64,000 nt of DNA, from contig OZ024750.1 in the NCBI GenBank assembly GCA_964016885.1, forward strand, positions 40,300,001-40,364,000, written 5' to 3'. Source of the stretch: Eledone cirrhosa. Lineage: Eukaryota. Under the pieces are notes generated by a model, which ran no database searches, was not told where the DNA came from, and saw nothing but the letters and a program-made list of their open reading frames with translations. Each line of letters starts with the position of its first letter. Within the stretch, counting starts at the first letter, position 1. Below are positions 58,640 to 64,000 of this stretch, one piece after another. The position numbers were made by a program, and so were the translations under genes.

Positions 58640-58924
58640 TATCTCCCCCTCTCTTTCTCTCTCATATCTCTTTCTCACATCTCTCTCTTTTTCTCCCTCT
58701 CTCTCTTTCAACTCTCTATTTCTCGCCCCCTCTCTCTCTCTCAACTCTCTATCTCTTTTTCTCTTTCGTTCTCAACTCTCTCTTTCTCTCTCAACTATCT
58801 CCATCTCTCTTTCTCTCAACTCCCTCTCTCTCTCCCCCCTCTCTCTCTCTCTCTCTCTCAACTCTCTCCCTCTCTCCCAATTCTCTCTCTCTCCCAACTC
58901 TCTCTCTCTCTCTCTCTCTCTCTC

Positions 58925-58980
<56 letters not shown>

Positions 58981-59113
58981 ATCTCACCCTCACCAACTAT
59001 TTATTGGCCTCGTCTTGACCTAAATTACTTCTATATGGGGTAACAAAGACACAAGTTTTGAAGTTCTTTCTGACAGTGTCACGTCACTCACTCTCATTAA
59101 ATCAACTCAGTAT

Positions 59114-59169
<56 letters not shown>

Positions 59170-59170
59170 T
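58640..59170. repeat. (CT)n-rich tract and (ACT)n microsatellite
   Basis: Direct inspection. Confidence 0.9.
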
Positions 59171-59649
59171 TGTCAGTAAAAGAAAACATAAAAGATGAAG
59201 TTTCACTTTCAACGGAGATCATATATTATGGTGCTTCTGTCTGAGAAAGAGAGAGGGAGAGAGAGAGAAAGTGTGAGGGGGAGAGAGAAGGGGATAGATA
59301 GATAGATAGAGCAGGAGAGAGAGACAGAGACATGATGAGGGGGGGGGGAAGAAGGGCATAGATATATAGATAGAGCAAGAGAGAGAGACAGGGTGAGAAA
59401 GAAAGTAGTGACGTAGCTAGAGTGTGTGCAGCCCGGAGCAGTCCTTGAATATGCTCCCACCACCACTACTACCACCACACCACTACTACTATCCCCACCA
59501 CTACTACCCCCACCACCACCGCTACTACTATCCCCACCACTACCACTACCTCCCACTACCACTACTACCCCACCAACACCCACCTCAACACCACCACTAT
59601 CCCCACCCAATACAACATGCAACATACTCCACATTGACACCAGACGTAC

Positions 59650-59715
59650 GTGTGCCGCCCCCACAAAAGTGACCTGGTGATATCGTAGATCAGTCCATCC
59701 TAACATCACTTGAGT
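59650..59715 (-). CDS. Candidate 66-nt host exon (TQVMLGWTDLRYHQVTFVGAAH), unassigned
   Basis: Minus strand CTAACTAACTTTCAG| acceptor and |GTACGT donor, open in phase 0; no protein family recognised. Confidence 0.25.
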
Positions 59716-59739
59716 CTGAAAGTTAGTTAGGGCATCTTC

Positions 59740-60302
59740 TTGGAGGTAAATACCATGGAAACTGAGGTTAACTACCATATTGGAGGTAAATACCATGGAT
59801 CTGAGGTTAACTACCATATTGGAGATAAACCACCCGAAATAGAGGTTAACCACCATATTGAAGGTAAACCACCTGATAACTGAGGTTAACCACCACATTG
59901 GAGGTAAATACCATGGAAACTGAGGTTAACTACCATATTGGAGGTAAACCACCTGAAAACTGAGGTTAACCACCATATTGGAGGTAAATACCATGGAAAC
60001 TGAGGTTAACTACCATATTGGAGGTAAACCACAAGAAAACTAAGGTTAACCACCATATTGGAGGTAAACCACCTGAAAACTGAGGTTAACCACCATATTG
60101 GAGGTAAATACCATGGAAACTGAGGTTAACTACCATATTGGAGGTAAACCACAAGAAAACTAAGGTTAACCACCATATTGGAGGTAAACCACCTGAAAAC
60201 TGAGGTTAACCACCATATTGGAGGTAAATACCATGGAAACTGAGGTTAACTACCATATTGGAGGTAAACCACAAGAAAACTAAGGTTAACCACCATATTG
60301 GA
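59740..60302. repeat. 40-bp minisatellite with 120-bp higher-order repeat
   Basis: TGGAGGTAAA..../TGAGGTTAAC.ACCATAT units; 59941-60300 is three copies of a 120-mer. Confidence 0.95.
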
Positions 60303-60795
60303 GAAGCGTTTATACTCGTTGGAATGCAAAAATAAAACAAAACAACAACAGCCTAATGTTTCTTTATCTATGGAGAACATATTGATATGTATCTGCCAGG
60401 CCAGGACTTGGAGGTTCTGTTCTAGTTAACAGGTTGAATGGGGAAAGAGAAAGAGAAAGAAAAGAAGGAAAAAGAAATTAAACAATGAAACTAAGGAAAA
60501 GGGGAGAGTGACAGACTCGAACCCCCAACCTGAGCGGCATATTACAGCTGGACAGAATGGTGAAGGCATTACCGGGGGAAATGGTCAGCGAAACACGCTG
60601 CCACAGTCTTCTCACCTCAAGGGGCTTTCTTTCCGATTTTACGGAGGAAAACAGCAGCTCGAGAACCGACGACCCCTGATGTCTCGGCGGCGTCCGATAC
60701 GATAAGGAAGCGGTCGGTGAAACCCTGGTGGAGACCAAGCTAACAGCGGTGTGCTCAAAGCAAACTAGAAATTATAGAACACCGGCTTTCTAAAC

Positions 60796-61120
60796 CAGTG
60801 GTCGCCAACCTTTCGGACCCCACGGACCACTAACTTAATAATTTTAAATCCCACGGACCACTAATATGAATTAACGAATGGTCAAAACAATACTGAAGTG
60901 TACGTGTGTCATATTGTCGATAGATGACAAATCTGTAAAATTCTTTCATGGAAGTTAGTTCTTTACTGAGGAGAAACATTTTTAGGGGTGTTATAAAATA
61001 TATTTTACCCGAATATTATTTTTGTTTTATTATTAATAAAACATAAAAATTGCAAATAATATCCACATTTTTCTGCGGACCTCCAAAATTTTCTCTCGGA
61101 CCTCCAGTTGGTGACCGTTG
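60796..61120. mobile_element. hAT-type MITE
   Basis: TIR CAGTGGTCGCCAAC / GTTGGTGACCGTTG; subterminal CGGACC repeats. Confidence 0.65.
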
Positions 61121-61160
61121 ATTTAAATAGATGTGTCTAAGGGTCTTTTCAATTTTTTAA

Positions 61161-61371
61161 CCCTTTAGTATTTAAACCTTCCGTATCCGGCCAGAATACT
61201 CTCACCTCTTTCTGTTCAAACTGGCTGTTCATACTTATGTTAAGGGATTGTCCTCAAAATAAATAATATCAATATCTCATAGATTCGATATTATGTCAGA
61301 TAATTATGTAAGATAAAGACTTTACCATGAAAATACAAAAGAAAATATAGAGAAATGTAAATGTTAAAGGG
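61161..61371 (+). mobile_element. Minimal piggyBac-type MITE with a single diverged 72-bp-type unit
   Basis: TTAA|CCCTTTAGTATTTA ... TAAATGTTAAAGGG|TTAA; body homologous to 38773-39194. Confidence 0.88.
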
Positions 61372-61765
61372 TTAAAGTTTGACATTCTTCTAACTGACAG
61401 TTTATAAAATATTTACCTATTACATTGATAAAGGATATGACAGAGAACTGATAAATTGACTCCCTTTCCTAAGCAGTAAACATTAATATAGGCTGCCATC
61501 TATGTATTTCTGACAAAAAAATGTATTGTTCCACAGAAAATATATTCTAAACACTCAATCGTAGTTAAGGACTTTTTACTGCTATAAATTAAAAGTTTTG
61601 TTGAAATATTTCAAAATTCTTAACGCTGGAACGTCGGGTAACATTGCATTTATAACGGGTACACGCTCTAAACAAATCAAAATAAAACTCCCGTGTTGTT
61701 GATATTGTTGTTGCAGTTGCTGATGGTATTGTATATGTTTATGTGTACCTGTATATGTATATATG

Positions 61766-61868
<103 letters not shown>

Positions 61869-62053
61869 TAGCGAGAATCGTATTTCAGCACAGGAATTAA
61901 CGAAAATCAACATCCGATATGTGTGGCAAGCGCTCGATGATTCATGTGAATCAGAGCTACAACATACGTTAAGGGCCAAACACACTGAGATGGTGGTTAA
62001 ACATATCATCCCCACAGCCAAAACAAACGACCAAGTAATTCGGGTCAAACAAT

Positions 62054-62128
<75 letters not shown>

Positions 62129-62273
62129 ATATATATATTTCGTTTCTGAATTTGTTTAGCATGATTCTTTATCTGAAATCGTGTGTTGAAACCGATATTG
62201 TTATACTTTGGGAGGGTCATGTTGCCAATAAGAAACACACGCACCAGTTGCTTTCACTTCAATTTATTATATA

Positions 62274-63494
62274 CTAGCAGTAAAGCCCGGCGTTGCTCGG
62301 GGTCGCTCAGTAGCTGTGTTAAAGTTACAATGTTAAGTTTCTTTTTTGGCTTAAAAACTGTAGTGTCTACTGTGCAGACTTGCATGTGGTGTTTTTGATT
62401 AATGTTCCCTCAACCAACAATATGCCTTATGAAGTTAAGAAAACATAACGATAACCCGAATGTTATAACAAAAGAGGATGCTGGGGATAAAAACTGCACT
62501 GGTTATTTATTAACAAAGATCGAAAATGTAAACACTGCAACGCAGAGAAAAACATTAGCGTAACCAAATTATCAGTTATGTCTGTCTGCACGCCTATATC
62601 ACCTCTCTGCACGACTGTCTGTCTGCACGCCTATATCACCTCTCTGCACGACTGTCTGTCTGCACGCCTATATCAACTCTCTGCACGACTGTCTGTCTGC
62701 ACGCGTATATCACCTCTCTGCACGACTGTCTGTCTGCACGACTGTCTGTCTGCACGCCTAACAAAATTTACAGATACATATATTTTAAATAAACTTATAT
62801 AATTTTTGCTTTTTTTTACGAAATATTTGCTTGTTTTACGTAGTCTTTAAATAGACTTGTTTTCAAGTAAAAATATTGTTTTAAAAGGCTTTTAAATGGA
62901 AATGAAGCAAAACGGAAGCTTAGTGTTCGAACTGATGAATTTTGCAGGTCCAAATTTTGCTGGCTCGACAACTGTTCGTGTATTGTGTTAATGTCATTTT
63001 AAACGCTGAAAAAGCCAGCGTAATTTTTTTAATTTTTGCCAGCGTAATTTTTTTTATTTTTGCACGCAGAAAATGTAAACAGAACGTAAGACGCTACGCT
63101 GAATGTAAACAGAACAAAGGGAAATCATTTTTTTAATTTTTGCACGCAGAAAATGTAAACAGAACGTAAGACGCTACGCTGAATGTAAACAGAACAAAGG
63201 GAAATCATTTTTTTAATTTTTGCACGCAGAAAATGTAAAGAGAACGTAAGACGCTACGCTGAATGTAAACAGAACAAAGGGAAATAACTGATCACTTACG
63301 CTCAAAAATCGATACATTATATTCGATTTCGTCAGATAGGGCGGGTCAATTTGAAATATTTTTTTTCCGATGTCTTCGCTAGGGCTCAATGTACAAGTAT
63401 AGCAATTTCGGTGCAATTCCGTGAGAGATTGTAAGAGGAGATGTGTGCCAAAAATCGATAGACAGACAGACAACCTCAGTTTTATATATATAGA
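62274..63494 (-). mobile_element. Non-autonomous Helitron
   Basis: Minus strand A|TCTATATATATAAAA...(CTGT)n... hairpin CCCGAGCAACGCCGGG then CTAG|T; internal ~37-bp (62579-62760) and 80-bp (63050-63284) tandem repeats. Confidence 0.8.
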
Positions 63495-63670
63495 TTTATA
63501 AATTTACAAATTTATAAATTTCTGGTTGGTTGGTTGGTTCCACAACCAGATAGCTGTTTATATATAGTCATAGTTCTTTCGTCACACACTCTGTGACCTC
63601 TTCAGTGACTGGGGATTCCTTTCTTTGTTTCTGTGCCTCTCCTTTGTTCTGTCCTACGCCATTTTGTTTC

Positions 63671-64000
<330 letters not shown>

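Noticed and set aside
60548-60626. Homology with 40365-40436 (reverse complement)
   Set aside because: Likely two relics of an unidentified interspersed repeat; no function can be supported.

Overview
AT-rich, repeat-saturated eukaryotic (metazoan) DNA; the SINE/MITE repertoire looks like that of an octopod cephalopod (inference). No host protein-coding gene is firmly identifiable. Main contents: (i) three Tx1/L1-clade LINEs. Two near-identical copies sit head-to-head (1-2360 minus, ORF2 nonsense-mutated; 5618-11258 plus, intact). Both are embedded at the same nucleotide of a 72-bp internal repeat of a TTAA/CCCTTTA piggyBac-type MITE, which is also present empty at 38773 and 61161. A diverged intact relative (46523-52349 minus) lies in an (ATT)n tract. 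(ii) An intact Penelope-like (Naiad-type) element with ~600-bp direct pseudo-LTRs. (iii) Several small (TA)n-inserted, inversion-bearing non-autonomous elements, one family carrying a type I hammerhead ribozyme. (iv) About 18 copies or fragments of a tRNA-derived SINE whose 3' stem-loop and (ATT)n tail match the Tx1 LINE 3' ends. (v) R4/Dong, CRE and RTE retrotransposon fragments, hAT-type MITEs and a non-autonomous Helitron. (vi) Many minisatellites (17, 40, 50, 72, 117, 120 bp), several visibly born inside transposons. Coordinates of degenerate elements are approximate.
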